Part shown: one piece after another, positions 27,398 through 40,354 of the stretch | How the letters are laid out: every line of letters starts with the position of its first letter | Numbering within the stretch: position 1 is the first letter of the stretch | NCBI GenBank assembly: GCA_965216875.1 | Contig: OZ244207.1 | Location: forward strand, 7,808,001 to 7,872,000 | DNA: 64,000 nt | Origin: Rubripirellula sp. | GTDB taxonomy: Bacteria > Planctomycetota > Planctomycetia > Pirellulales > Pirellulaceae | Direction of reading: 5' to 3' | Position numbers and translations under genes: made by a program | The notes under the pieces: generated by a model | Database searches by the model: none | Told to the model about the DNA's origin: nothing | What the model saw: only the letters and a program-made list of their open reading frames with translations

Positions 27398-27527
27398 TTC
27401 GATCACATCCCTTGCTGATTCGCGAGCGGTCGTCGCTGTTTTTGGCCCTGTTGGTTTTGGAGCACTTCAAAAACTATCATAGGGACTCGGTTACTCAGGT
27501 CCATGTCTTTGTCGGAATCGCTTTCGA

Positions 27528-27989
27528 ATGGTTGGTCGAATAGGCATCCGTTTGTTGATCGTCGTGCCGACGCTGTTTCTCGGCGGATGTTCGGATGGTC
27601 CCGAAACGTATCCGGTGCGCGGTTTGGTGCAGTTCACCGATGGCAAATTGCTACAGCAAGGCGTTGTCGAATTCTCGACGGGATCCGACTTCGATTCGGT
27701 GACGGCGCGCGGACGTATTGCGCCCGATGGATCCTTTACGCTGGGGACCTACGACGTTGATGATGGCGCCGTTCCAGGCTCGCATCGCGTCGTGGTGATA
27801 TCGGACCATGTGATCGGCAATGGAACGGAACGACCTGGATTGATTGAACAGTCGCGTGTACATCCCAAACACAGGCTGTACCGGACTTCGGAACTCGAGT
27901 TCACCGTCGAGGCGAAGGAGAACGAGTTCATCGTCCAAGTCGAATATGCGCCCCTCGAAGAGGAAGACGAACCAGGAGAGGATGGGTGA
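27528..27989 (+). CDS. Planctomycete lipoprotein, carboxypeptidase-regulatory-like domain
   Basis: Lipobox LGGC, YPVRGLV, DGSFTLGTY...DGAVPG, HPKH. Confidence 0.8.
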   Translation: MVGRIGIRLLIVVPTLFLGGCSDGPETYPVRGLVQFTDGKLLQQGVVEFSTGSDFDSVTARGRIAPDGSFTLGTYDVDDGAVPGSHRVVVISDHVIGNGTERPGLIEQSRVHPKHRLYRTSELEFTVEAKENEFIVQVEYAPLEEEDEPGEDG

Positions 27990-28003
27990 CGAGGGTAGCC
28001 ACC

Positions 28004-28037
28004 CGTTCGTAGTACCGAGCTTTAGCCGGAATCTTCT
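28004..28037. repeat. REP-like element, family F (cgttcgtagtaccgagctttagccggaatcttct)
   Basis: Exact 34-bp copy at 35753-35786. Confidence 0.85.
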
Positions 28038-28095
28038 CGCGTTTCGTCCAAAGACGGGACACCTGCAAACTGTCATGCGGAGCATGACCTACGGT

Positions 28096-30324
28096 CTAGC
28101 CTCGTCGCGAGAGCACGATGATGGGGCAATTGGTGCGGCGGACGAGTTCACGGGTGAACGACCCGAATAACTTTTCTTTGGGTCCGAGTCGTTGAATTCC
28201 AAGGATCAGCAGGCCTGACTCTTGGGCTTGTTCGACGACGGCGTCGACGGCATCGTCGCTTCTCAATAGCAGCCGTTCGCATTGTCCCTTGATGTTGTCG
28301 CGTGCGAGTTTGGCAAGGTCGCGTTTGGCGCGATTGAATTCTTTGCTCGATGTGTTTTCTGGAACCGCACGCATGAAGGTGACGCGCCGCTTTTCTTCCC
28401 GCGAGAGGCTTCCGAGGAGTCGCGTCAAAAGTCGGTCGTGGCCGCCGCGTCCGGCGACCGGGACAAGGATCTTTTTGGCGTCAGAGAGTTTCCATTGTTC
28501 GGGCGCTCGCAGCACAACCACATCGGTGTCGAGCTCGCTCAATAGGCTTTCAAGGGGACTGCTCTGGTTCTCTTCGTCAATCGAACTCATGCCCAGAAGG
28601 ACCGACTCACATCGATGCAATTGGGCGACCCGTGCGATCTCTTGCATCGGTTCGGGGCCAACGGTGGTGAGCGTCTCGACACGCGTGCCCACGCTTGCCG
28701 ATGCATTAAGCAGTTCTCGCAAGACTTCATGTGAGCGTTCGATCGGTTTGGCATCCTCGGCAGGGCTCCAGCCGCTGGGCGCAACGACAACGCTTTGAAT
28801 AAGGACTCGGCCATAGGAGGCCGGAACGAGAACGTCGGCCAAAGCGATCATCGCTTGCGCGTTGTGAGGGTTTGCGATTGGAACCAGCACGAGGGGCGCG
28901 CGGCCTCGCAGAGCCAAGAGTTCAGGATCTGCGGCGACGTCGCGTACGTCGACGAGTCTCGCTTGGCGGGCAAAGAGGGAAAGGAAGAGCAAACCGCCAA
29001 CGCTCAACCAGATCACGGCAATCGTTCCAGCGGTCGGAACGGCAAAGCCTTGAAAGACGGCCAACGCGATGCAACTGAAGCCACCGACGATTGGTACCAA
29101 AGGAAACAGTGGCACGCGAAAGGGAGGCGGTACGCGCGTGCTGCGCAATCGCACAAGGACCGACAACCAATGGGCGATCGCGAACGTCATGAGAAAGATC
29201 AGACTCGACGCGGCACCTGCGGCGGCCACGTCGGGCAAAAGCAACGACAGCACAATCACCAGGATGCCTGTGACGGCGATCGCGCAAGTGGGCGATCGTC
29301 GATTGGCACTTAGTTTGGCAAGGATCGGCGGTAACGTGTTGTCTTCGGCCATCGCGCGTGCGATGTGGGAAGCAGCGAAGAGGTTGGCTTGAAGGGCTGT
29401 GAACATCGAAAGCACAGCGGCAACGATCACGAGCCAGTAGCCCGAAGTGCCCAGAAAGTTTTTGGCCGCGATCGCAACAATCTCTTCTGGATGACGCTGC
29501 GCCGCCGCGAGTACCGATTCTCCTGGAGGAACGCCGACGGTCGTGATCACAAACAGGAGTGGCAAGTAGATTCCGAGTGCGATGGCGAGCGAAAAGATCA
29601 TCGCTCGCGGGATTGTGCGTTTCGCATCTCGAACTTCACCGCCCACCGCGGCGATCAAGTCGAATCCCTGCAACGCAATGAAGCTGTAACCCATCGCCTG
29701 AATCAGCCCCAACGCTCCGCCGGAAAAGAAGGGTCGCAAAGCGACATGAGTCTCGGCGACCGGTTGGCGACTGACGGCCCAAAATCCGCCAATGATCAGG
29801 ATTCCAAAGACGGCAACCTTGGCAACGTTGGCCCACTGACCGCCGCCAGCCGAGGTGAGCATCATCATCAGGGACAAGCCGATGGTCGCGCCCACGGCGA
29901 CGACGGGGATCGCCCAACCTGTTCCCATCCACTCGGGAACCTGCCGGCCAAATGCGAGACAAATCTCGCTCGCCATGACCAATAGGAAGTGTGCGAATCC
30001 GAGCGCATACAAAACGGCGGCGACGACCGAGGCGAACCAGACGACCCAGCCCACGGTGAAAGCAGCCTCGACCGAGAGGACTTTACGGCTGAAGGTATAG
30101 GTCCCGCCCGACTCGGGAAACCGCGACGCCATTTCGGCAAAACTCAAAGCGGTCAGCAGCGCGATAACGCCGTTTAGGGCAAAGGCGAGCATTGCTGACG
30201 GACCGGTCGTCGAGAAGGCAACGCCGGCGAGAGCGAGGATGCCTCCGCCAACGATCGCTCCAACGCCAACTCCGGTCGCGCCGAATAGCCCCAATTTCTT
30301 CGCTGATTGATCACTCGCATCCAT
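28096..30324 (-). CDS. APC-family amino acid permease with two C-terminal USP-like domains
   Basis: About 12 TM, GAIVGGGI, FPESGGTY, FIALQGFD; C-terminal VLVPIANP and ILVPVAG...LFGSF...CPIIVL. Confidence 0.88.
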   Translation of the reverse strand: MDASDQSAKKLGLFGATGVGVGAIVGGGILALAGVAFSTTGPSAMLAFALNGVIALLTALSFAEMASRFPESGGTYTFSRKVLSVEAAFTVGWVVWFASVVAAVLYALGFAHFLLVMASEICLAFGRQVPEWMGTGWAIPVVAVGATIGLSLMMMLTSAGGGQWANVAKVAVFGILIIGGFWAVSRQPVAETHVALRPFFSGGALGLIQAMGYSFIALQGFDLIAAVGGEVRDAKRTIPRAMIFSLAIALGIYLPLLFVITTVGVPPGESVLAAAQRHPEEIVAIAAKNFLGTSGYWLVIVAAVLSMFTALQANLFAASHIARAMAEDNTLPPILAKLSANRRSPTCAIAVTGILVIVLSLLLPDVAAAGAASSLIFLMTFAIAHWLSVLVRLRSTRVPPPFRVPLFPLVPIVGGFSCIALAVFQGFAVPTAGTIAVIWLSVGGLLFLSLFARQARLVDVRDVAADPELLALRGRAPLVLVPIANPHNAQAMIALADVLVPASYGRVLIQSVVVAPSGWSPAEDAKPIERSHEVLRELLNASASVGTRVETLTTVGPEPMQEIARVAQLHRCESVLLGMSSIDEENQSSPLESLLSELDTDVVVLRAPEQWKLSDAKKILVPVAGRGGHDRLLTRLLGSLSREEKRRVTFMRAVPENTSSKEFNRAKRDLAKLARDNIKGQCERLLLRSDDAVDAVVEQAQESGLLILGIQRLGPKEKLFGSFTRELVRRTNCPIIVLSRRG

Positions 30325-30367
30325 GACCCACTTTTTTCCATGAATGGGCCCAATCCGTCAATCGCGG

Positions 30368-31669
30368 TTAAACCTCTGGTTGCCAACCGTCCGCATATTC
30401 ACGGGACCAAAATCTTTCCGCTTCGTCGTTTCCGATGACGTGTCCGTCGTCCGGATTGGTCTTCAACACGCTGTTGGTTCGATAAGCGATGTTGCCCAGG
30501 TGACACATCAGCGTGCTTCGATGAGCCTTTTCGATATCGGCGTTGGGCCGGCGTCCTGTGCGAAGTGCGTCGAGAAAGTCGGCGAAGTGGTCTGCATCAC
30601 CGCCGGGGCCTGACTCGACCGCCTTTTCTTTGTTGCGAATGTCGTACAGCGCGTAGCCGCTGCCGTTGATCACGACCGAGCCTTCGGTCCCATGAACGCT
30701 GATGCCGAACCCGGAGTCATGCGGGCCGAGCGGCGACCAACTGAGTCCTTCCCAAGTGATCGTTTTGTTACCAGGAAAGTCGTAGGTGACCATCATGGTG
30801 TCGGGCGTTTCCTGGTCGTCGTCGTGGCGATACTTGCCGCCACCCGCGGTGATACGCGTGGGATAAGTGACGTCCATCGCCCAACGTGCGACATCGAGTC
30901 CGTGGACGCCATTATTGCCAAGTTCGCCGTTGCCCCAGTGCCAATGCCAATGCCAGTTGTAGTGCACGACATTGTCTTTGAACGGAGTCCTCGGTGCCGG
31001 GCCCTGCCAGAGTTCCCAATCGAGCCAGCCGGGGATTTCCGTGTTCTTGCCCTTGCCAATCGACCCACGGCGGTTGTTGTACCAAGTCCTTGCGTAGAGC
31101 GTCTGACCGATTTCGCCGGCATGAATCCGCTCGACCGCTTCGACGATCTTTGGCCAGGTGCGACGTTGCGTTCCCATCTGTACGACGCGGTTGTTTTTGC
31201 GGGCCGCCTGGACAGCCCATTCGCCTTCGGCTGGCGTGTGACTACAAGGTTTCTCGACGTACACATGTTTTCCCGCGGTGCAGGCCAGGATCGTTGCCGG
31301 CGCATGCCAGTGGTTGGGGGCTGCAACGATCAAGGCGTCGACATCCTTGTCATCGAGAATCCGACGGAAATCGACAACGCTCTTGGGACGCTTGCCTTGA
31401 TCTTTTTCCACCGCATCAGTTACTCGACCGAGAGCACGCGAGTCGACGTCACAGACGTAGCCGATCTCGGTTTGTGATGCTCGCGTCATGCCTCGTGCGA
31501 TCGCGGCCCCGCGTCCGTTGACGCCCATCACACCGAGCACCACTTTTTCATTCGGCGATGTAGATGCGTTGGGAGTTTCCTGCGAAGAAACGTGAGGTTG
31601 AAACGCTGCCGTTGCCGCCAATGCGGCACTCCCTTGAAGGAACAATCGTCGGTCGCTGCGAAGATTCAT
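30368..31669 (-). CDS. Gfo/Idh/MocA family oxidoreductase, Tat substrate
   Basis: DRRLFLQ Tat motif, APNHWH, YVEKPC, QMGTQRR, GNNGVHGLD. Confidence 0.93.
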   Translation of the reverse strand: MNLRSDRRLFLQGSAALAATAAFQPHVSSQETPNASTSPNEKVVLGVMGVNGRGAAIARGMTRASQTEIGYVCDVDSRALGRVTDAVEKDQGKRPKSVVDFRRILDDKDVDALIVAAPNHWHAPATILACTAGKHVYVEKPCSHTPAEGEWAVQAARKNNRVVQMGTQRRTWPKIVEAVERIHAGEIGQTLYARTWYNNRRGSIGKGKNTEIPGWLDWELWQGPAPRTPFKDNVVHYNWHWHWHWGNGELGNNGVHGLDVARWAMDVTYPTRITAGGGKYRHDDDQETPDTMMVTYDFPGNKTITWEGLSWSPLGPHDSGFGISVHGTEGSVVINGSGYALYDIRNKEKAVESGPGGDADHFADFLDALRTGRRPNADIEKAHRSTLMCHLGNIAYRTNSVLKTNPDDGHVIGNDEAERFWSREYADGWQPEV

Positions 31670-31731
31670 GGTGACGTGCTCGTGCGGAAGGTTGGATGCG
31701 AAAAACAAATCGTCGGAGGAAGGTTCGCGAA

Positions 31732-32664
31732 CTACGTTCGCCGGATGGCAGCATGGATGTGCGGTTTGCTGCTGCCAACGACTTCCAACGGCTGTCTGTC
31801 GCGAAAGTCGTCGGCGGTGTTTTTGGCTCGAGCGTGGTCGTATCCACCTCGGTGAGCGTGCAAAAGGAACCGCCATGTCGTTGGTTCGTCACGCGTCAGC
31901 ATCACCGGCGCATCCCTAGAGACCGAGGCGTTCATCCACCCGTCGTCGCGCACGTGCCACTTGTTGGGAAAAGTGAGATTGCTTGGGTGGTCAAAGTAGG
32001 TGATGCCTTCGGTCACACCCGGTGCGATGGAACCGCTGTAGTCGATCCAGGGTGAACGCTGGCCAAAGAGTGCTTTCTCGCCCTGTTTGCCGTTGGCATC
32101 GGTGAGGATTCCGTCGCCAAAGTACGCCGAAATCGATTTGGCAACTCGGACCGCAAGGAGGCCGAAGTTCGTCTGACCCAATTCAAGTGATTCGGCGACT
32201 GACGTGAGTGACGTTTGGATTTCGAGCAAGACGCCCTGATTATCCGACGCACCAGAATTGCCGTCTGGGGAGATCACACAGATCATTTGTTGGTTCAAGA
32301 GTGGTTGCGGGTCGTGTCCGTCGTACCACTTCAAGTTGACTGCCATCCTGGCTTCTTCTTCGCCATCCTCGTAGGCAAGCCACGCATCTTGACGAATGAA
32401 TGATGTGGCGCTGTTTGACCAGAAGTCGACGCCAAGCACCTTGTGGTGTGCGAACCAGATCGAGCGATGGTGATCGTGATTGGGTGCACCGGGATGACCC
32501 ATCCGAGTCAGGGGCAAGCCCGACGGACCGATCAGCGGAAAGAAAAACGGACGCGGGGCGCCGCTGCCGGCATGCCAACGAAGTCGCTCGACACCATCGA
32601 TTGAAAAAGCGACTTGATCATTGGGAAGAGGAAGGATCTGACACCGCGGAGAGTTGGTGAACAT
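31732..32664 (-). CDS. DUF6807 / 'PmoA' (PF14100-like) family protein
   Basis: PRPFFFPL, HDHHRSIWFAH, WIDYSG, DHPSN, WHVRDDGW; commonly found beside sugar oxidoreductases. Confidence 0.75.
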   Translation of the reverse strand: MFTNSPRCQILPLPNDQVAFSIDGVERLRWHAGSGAPRPFFFPLIGPSGLPLTRMGHPGAPNHDHHRSIWFAHHKVLGVDFWSNSATSFIRQDAWLAYEDGEEEARMAVNLKWYDGHDPQPLLNQQMICVISPDGNSGASDNQGVLLEIQTSLTSVAESLELGQTNFGLLAVRVAKSISAYFGDGILTDANGKQGEKALFGQRSPWIDYSGSIAPGVTEGITYFDHPSNLTFPNKWHVRDDGWMNASVSRDAPVMLTRDEPTTWRFLLHAHRGGYDHARAKNTADDFRDRQPLEVVGSSKPHIHAAIRRT

Positions 32665-32752
32665 CGCGAGCCGATAGATTGGGGAGGGAAGGTCTTAGGA
32701 GGGACCTTCGATTGTAACAGCAGCCAAACGTGCGTGTGGTCAGCGCCGAAAA

Positions 32753-33262
32753 CTACGGTTTGGTGAGCTGATCAACTCGAGAGAGCGCTTGGGGGAAGCG
32801 ATGGTTGCCCGCCATGGTCCGCACAGAGTCTGCGGCCGATTGGGCGTCGATGCCGACGGAGGTCACAAACAGCGGCTTCACCGAATCACCGCGGAGGACT
32901 TCGATAGCGTGTGTCGCGCCATGAAATGCCGTTTTGGCGACGCCGACAACCGCGATCGACGGTTGGTCGGTGCGCAGATGGTCGTAGAGATGCATGCCCA
33001 AACCCGCGCGGCCATCACCATTGAGGGTGACAAAACCATCGATGACAATCACCTCTGGCGTTATCGAAAGCGATTCGAGCATCGCCAGCAGGCACGGCAT
33101 CTCACGCCGGTAGAACTCGCCCGGAACGTATGCGGCGACTTGATCGATCTCGAGAGTCGATTCGGTGGTCACCGTTTCCGATGCCCAGTCGTCGATCACG
33201 ACGGCGGCGACCTTCGCCGATCCATCGTCGCGATAGCCAACATCCATGCAAATGATCATCAC
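32753..33262 (-). CDS. nfi: Endonuclease V (short form)
   Basis: DVGY, YVPGEFYRRE, IVIDG, GLGMHL, VGVAKT, PLFVTS. Confidence 0.88.
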   Translation of the reverse strand: MMIICMDVGYRDDGSAKVAAVVIDDWASETVTTESTLEIDQVAAYVPGEFYRREMPCLLAMLESLSITPEVIVIDGFVTLNGDGRAGLGMHLYDHLRTDQPSIAVVGVAKTAFHGATHAIEVLRGDSVKPLFVTSVGIDAQSAADSVRTMAGNHRFPQALSRVDQLTKP

Positions 33263-33374
33263 GTTCTCGAGCCGGTTGGGAAGAATATCCGTCTCGAGAT
33301 TCTAGCGAAGCGAACGAGTTCCCGTGCAGAGCGAGAACCTCCGCGCGCAAATGGGCAAGCCGTTGTCGTCGGTG

Positions 33375-33548
33375 TTAGTCGACAAACGGATTGGCTTGCT
33401 CATCACCCATGAAGGTCGCGTTGGGAGCCTCGGCAGTGTCCGGAAGGCCCGAGGACGAGCCAACAATGCCGAACAGGGCGCCACCACCGGTGACCCAAAA
33501 AATGATTCCGCCGATAACCAGAAATGCAATGAGATTGATTGGTTTCAT
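33375..33548 (-). CDS. 57-aa small membrane protein (absent from the ORF track)
   Basis: My translation: MKPINLIAFLVIGGIIFWVTGGGALFGIVGSSSGLPDTAEAPNATFMGDEQANPFVD*; N-terminal hydrophobic helix and acidic tail. Confidence 0.65.
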   Translation of the reverse strand: MKPINLIAFLVIGGIIFWVTGGGALFGIVGSSSGLPDTAEAPNATFMGDEQANPFVD

Positions 33549-33714
33549 GGAGGTGTTCCCGTGACCTGGCGTGCGCGTAAAAAGCAGCGTGATTTGGGTG
33601 TAGATGTCTAGCCAACTCTACGTCTTGGATCCAAATTGGGGTGGTCGGTCGAGAGAACGGAATTCGGATTCCAGAATCGCAGCGCGGCTGAATCGATTGG
33701 TCACGTCACAACGG

Positions 33715-34857
33715 TTAGTCCGACCGACCGGTGTCTTCCAAGAGTCGCTTTAAACGAAACAGCGACAGATCAAACTTAGGAACATTGCCAGAAGCCAACG
33801 TGGCTGCGAGCTCGCCGAGCACGCTTGTGAATTTGAACCCGTGTCCGGAAAGTCCGCCAACGACAGTGATGTTCTTGTGTTCAGGGTGGTGGTCAATGAT
33901 GAAATGTTCATCGGGCGTTGACGTGTAGTAGCAGCCAGCCGAGGAGATGATTTTGTTGGTGACGCCGCGCAGGTACCGGTCGGCAAAACTCCGCGTCAAC
34001 CGATCGTCTTCTTGATCGACTTCGTGATGCTCGGTAGGGCCCGGAATCAATTGCCCGCCACTGTGGCGAGCGATCTTGACGCCCGCACCGTGATCCGGAA
34101 ACCCGTAGAAATAGCCCTCGGGCGTATCAAAGAAAAAGCAGGGTGTTCCGGATGATTGTGACCATTGGTCAGGTTGAGCCTCGAACCAGTATTGATGTTT
34201 GCGGATGACGTTCAAATGATTGGCAAGTTCCGGCACCGCTTTGCCAAGCCATGGACCCGCAGCAATGATCAAGTGGTCCGCGGTCTCGACCACTGAACCG
34301 GTCGTCACCGAAACCTTGGACTCGGTCGCATGGAGTTTGGTGACATGTTGTTGAAATCGCAGTTCGCAAACGTCGCTGGCGTTTTGTTCGAGGTGCGCCG
34401 CAACACAGTCTTCGACCTTCAGGTAACCGGCGTTCAGTTCGATGACTGCAGCCCAGTTCGATTCGCCTTGAAACACTGGCCACCGCGCCGCAACCTCGCG
34501 TGCCGAAAGTGCTTCGATTGGTAGATCATGCTGCATCGCACTCTCTTTGACACCACGGATCACCACTCCATCGGCGGGGCCAATTTCGACCAGTCCCGTT
34601 TTGCAAAAAAGTTCGCTTCCCGATTGTTGCTCGAGAGATTCCCATAGCTCATAGGCGCGGCGCAACAGCGGCACATAGGCCGGGTCTTCAAAATAGGCTT
34701 GTCGAATCACACGTGAGCGGCCATGCGAGCTCCCTCGATCGTGTGGTGGCGAAAACTGGTCGATTCCCAACGTACGAAGCCCCTGTGACGCTAGGTGATA
34801 CGCTGCGGCGCTACCGACTCCTCCCAATCCCAAAACGATGACGTCCCAGTGCGACAT
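33715..34857 (-). CDS. solA: N-methyl-L-tryptophan oxidase / monomeric sarcosine oxidase family
   Basis: GLGGVGS FAD motif, GSSHGRSRVIR, CYYTSTPDEHF, SGHGFKF. Confidence 0.88.
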   Translation of the reverse strand: MSHWDVIVLGLGGVGSAAAYHLASQGLRTLGIDQFSPPHDRGSSHGRSRVIRQAYFEDPAYVPLLRRAYELWESLEQQSGSELFCKTGLVEIGPADGVVIRGVKESAMQHDLPIEALSAREVAARWPVFQGESNWAAVIELNAGYLKVEDCVAAHLEQNASDVCELRFQQHVTKLHATESKVSVTTGSVVETADHLIIAAGPWLGKAVPELANHLNVIRKHQYWFEAQPDQWSQSSGTPCFFFDTPEGYFYGFPDHGAGVKIARHSGGQLIPGPTEHHEVDQEDDRLTRSFADRYLRGVTNKIISSAGCYYTSTPDEHFIIDHHPEHKNITVVGGLSGHGFKFTSVLGELAATLASGNVPKFDLSLFRLKRLLEDTGRSD

Positions 34858-34965
34858 GGCCAAGCTTTACAATTACTCTGTGAAGGGGAAACCGGAGGCT
34901 CGATTCATCGGGCTCGGCCTATCAACATAACATCGGCACCAGATGTAGCCGGAAGGAGACTGTAA

Positions 34966-35718
34966 GTGATGACGACTCGACTTGATCGCCGCCAATTGAT
35001 GCGTGGCTCGATGGCGTTTGCCGCCGCTGGTGCTGTGGCTGGTTCGACGGAGACTTTGACCGCAGCGAATGCGGCGAGCGAACTGCCCAAAGGATCGGTG
35101 TTGTTGTTCCAAGGCGATTCGATTACCGATTGTCGTCGAGATCGTAAGCAGAAGTCGGCCAACAACCCGCGAGGTTTTGGATCGGGATATCCGATGTTGA
35201 TCGCAAGTGGGCTGCTTCGCGATCATGCCTCTTCGGACCTGAAGATTTACAACCGTGGCATCAGCGGCAATAAGGTCCCTGACCTCGACGCCCGTTGGAA
35301 AGAAGACTGCATCGATTTGAAACCGGCCGTGCTGAGCATCTTGATTGGCGTCAACGACATCTGGCACAAACTCAATGGACGCTATGAGGGGACGGTGAAA
35401 ACCTATGAAGAGGGTTTGCGGGCGCTGCTCGACCGGACCTCCGACGCGCTGCCCGACACAAGGATCGTGATTTGTGAACCGTTTGTGCTTCGCTGCGGCG
35501 CGGTCAACGATTCATGGTTCCCCGAATTCGAGCATCGAAGGGCTGCGTGTGAGGCAGTTGCCAAGTCGCTATCGCTCGACTTTGTTCCCTTCCAAAAGAT
35601 GTTTGACGAAGCAACGGCTTCAAGTCCGCCAGCCTACTGGGCGGCTGATGGCGTTCATCCAACGATGGCGGGTCACGCATTGATGGCCAAGACCTGGCGT
35701 GAGGTCGTCGGGGTCTAG
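34966..35718 (+). CDS. SGNH/GDSL hydrolase, Tat substrate
   Basis: DRRQLM Tat motif, GDSITD, NRGISG, GVND, DGVHP. Confidence 0.93.
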   Translation: MMTTRLDRRQLMRGSMAFAAAGAVAGSTETLTAANAASELPKGSVLLFQGDSITDCRRDRKQKSANNPRGFGSGYPMLIASGLLRDHASSDLKIYNRGISGNKVPDLDARWKEDCIDLKPAVLSILIGVNDIWHKLNGRYEGTVKTYEEGLRALLDRTSDALPDTRIVICEPFVLRCGAVNDSWFPEFEHRRAACEAVAKSLSLDFVPFQKMFDEATASSPPAYWAADGVHPTMAGHALMAKTWREVVGV

Positions 35719-35752
35719 TGCGAGCCACGATCGCGTAGGCGGCAACGAGGCA

Positions 35753-35786
35753 CGTTCGTAGTACCGAGCTTTAGCCGGAATCTTCT
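35753..35786. repeat. REP-like element, family F
   Basis: Identical to 28004-28037. Confidence 0.85.
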
Positions 35787-35853
35787 GGCCCATTCGACAA
35801 TCTGCGATCGCCAATTCAGCTGGGTCGGCCGGGTCGGTTTGGGCCAATGATCA

Positions 35854-35893
35854 TGCCGGATCTGCGTTGCTGTTGCTCCTTGATCCGGCCTAC
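35854..35893 (-). repeat. GTAG-type REP element, family B
   Basis: Reverse complement gtaggccggatcaaggagcaacagcaacgcagatccggca begins immediately after the DUF1501 stop codon. Confidence 0.85.
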
Positions 35894-37396
35894 TCAAGCC
35901 AAGATGTCGCGGACGACATGACCGTGAACGTTCGTGAGTCGGCGTTCGAGCCCGTTGTGGTAGAACGTCAACCGTTCATGGTCGAGTCCCATCAAGTGCA
36001 AGAGCGTCGCATTGAAGTCGTACACGGTCAACTTGTTTCGTGCCGCTTTGAATCCAAACTCGTCGCTTTCGCCATAGCTGGTCGCGCGTTTGACACCGGC
36101 GCCCGTCATGAAGCAGGTAAAGGCGCTCGGGTTGTGATCGCGTCCCGTTCCGTTGGATTGAAGGAATGGCATGCGACCGAATTCGGTGGCCCAAACGACA
36201 AGCGTGTGCTCCAGAAGCCCGCGTTGCTTCATGTCGGCAATCAAAGCAGCGGTTGGCTGGTCCATGATCTCGGCTTGCATTGCATGCGTTTTGAGGATGT
36301 TGGAGTGTGAGTCCCAGTTGGTCACTCCATTGCCGCCGGACGGGTCGCTGCCGTTAAACAACTGAACGACACGCACTCCTTTTTCAAGCAGTCGACGCGC
36401 CAGGATGCAGTTGCGTGCGTAGTGCCCTCGCAGTTCGCTGCCACCTTCAACGCCATACGCCTTGAGGGTCGATTCCGTTTCACCTGAAAGATCCATCACG
36501 TCTGGTACGGACGTTTGCATCTTTCCGGCAAGCTCATAGCTGGCAATTCGGCCGGCAAGGTTGGCATCGCCTGGGAATTGTTCCAGGTGTCGCGCGTTGA
36601 GTCGTTTCAATAGGTCGACCGTTTTGCGATCATCGCCGACAGAGAACGATTCGGGACGGTTTAAATTGTTCGGTGGGTTCTTGGCATTGAAGTCCGTTCC
36701 TTGGAATGCAGCAGGTAAGAATCCATTGCCGAAGTTGTTTTTTCCACTTCGAGCCAATCCCCGTGGATCGTTGATGGCGACGAAGGCCGGGAGTTCCTGG
36801 CTTTCGGTTCCCAAGGCGTAAGTGACCCAGGCTCCAAACGACGGAAAGCCTTCCATCGTGAAGCCGGTGTTCATAAAGTTCTCGCCCTGTGGATGAGCAC
36901 TCGTGTCGGTGGTCAACGAGTGCAGAAAACAGAAGTCATCGACCTGCTCGGCTAAGTTTGGCAGCAGGTCGGAAACCATCTTGCCTGTTTCACCGCGTGG
37001 CTTGAAGTCCCAAAAAGGTTTGGCGATGTTTCCACTTGGGCCTTCGAAGGTGACGGCCGGTAACCCAGGTGGCTTTTGTCCATGGAGCTTTGTCAGCGCC
37101 GGTTTGTAATCGAAGGTGTCGACATGGCTGACGGCACCTGGGCAATAGATCACGAGTACCTGCTTCGCCGGCATCTCGAAATGTGGCTGCCGCGACGAGT
37201 ACGGGTTGTTGGGATCTATCGTTGGACGCAGCGGCGTCTTGCCGCTGACCGTTCGTGAGTCAGCAGCCAAAAGACCATCGGTATCGAGCATGCTGGTGAG
37301 GGCAAGGCCCGCGGTCGAGAGACCCGCCGTGCTCAAAAAGCCTCGGCGATCGAGTAGCCGACGGCCATGCGGGGAGAGTTTTTCGGGATTGGTCAT
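35894..37396 (-). CDS. DUF1501 protein, Tat substrate
   Basis: DRRGFL, SHVDTFDYKP, ARRLLEKGVR, WDSH, EFGRMP, GRDH, RLTNVHG. Confidence 0.93.
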   Translation of the reverse strand: MTNPEKLSPHGRRLLDRRGFLSTAGLSTAGLALTSMLDTDGLLAADSRTVSGKTPLRPTIDPNNPYSSRQPHFEMPAKQVLVIYCPGAVSHVDTFDYKPALTKLHGQKPPGLPAVTFEGPSGNIAKPFWDFKPRGETGKMVSDLLPNLAEQVDDFCFLHSLTTDTSAHPQGENFMNTGFTMEGFPSFGAWVTYALGTESQELPAFVAINDPRGLARSGKNNFGNGFLPAAFQGTDFNAKNPPNNLNRPESFSVGDDRKTVDLLKRLNARHLEQFPGDANLAGRIASYELAGKMQTSVPDVMDLSGETESTLKAYGVEGGSELRGHYARNCILARRLLEKGVRVVQLFNGSDPSGGNGVTNWDSHSNILKTHAMQAEIMDQPTAALIADMKQRGLLEHTLVVWATEFGRMPFLQSNGTGRDHNPSAFTCFMTGAGVKRATSYGESDEFGFKAARNKLTVYDFNATLLHLMGLDHERLTFYHNGLERRLTNVHGHVVRDILA

Positions 37397-37459
37397 TCTC
37401 TTTCTCCGTCACGTCCATGATTCAATGGGCGCGATTGAATGCAACCGTTTTGAAATAGG

Positions 37460-40258
<2,799 letters not shown>

Positions 40259-40354
40259 TGGATTGGGAAGTGGTGGCATGGCGCCGTAACGGCAGCGGCT
40301 ATCCGAGGAAGCCGACATCAAACGGTAGGGGCAACGAGATGGAACGGAAGCGAT

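Noticed and set aside
31732..32664. 'PmoA' family label suggesting methane oxidation
   Set aside because: Soluble protein without TM helices, no pmoB/pmoC, and a sugar-oxidoreductase context; the family name is misleading.
32753..33262. Endonuclease V as part of a defence system
   Set aside because: Stand-alone gene among metabolic genes; a repair or inosine-processing role is sufficient.
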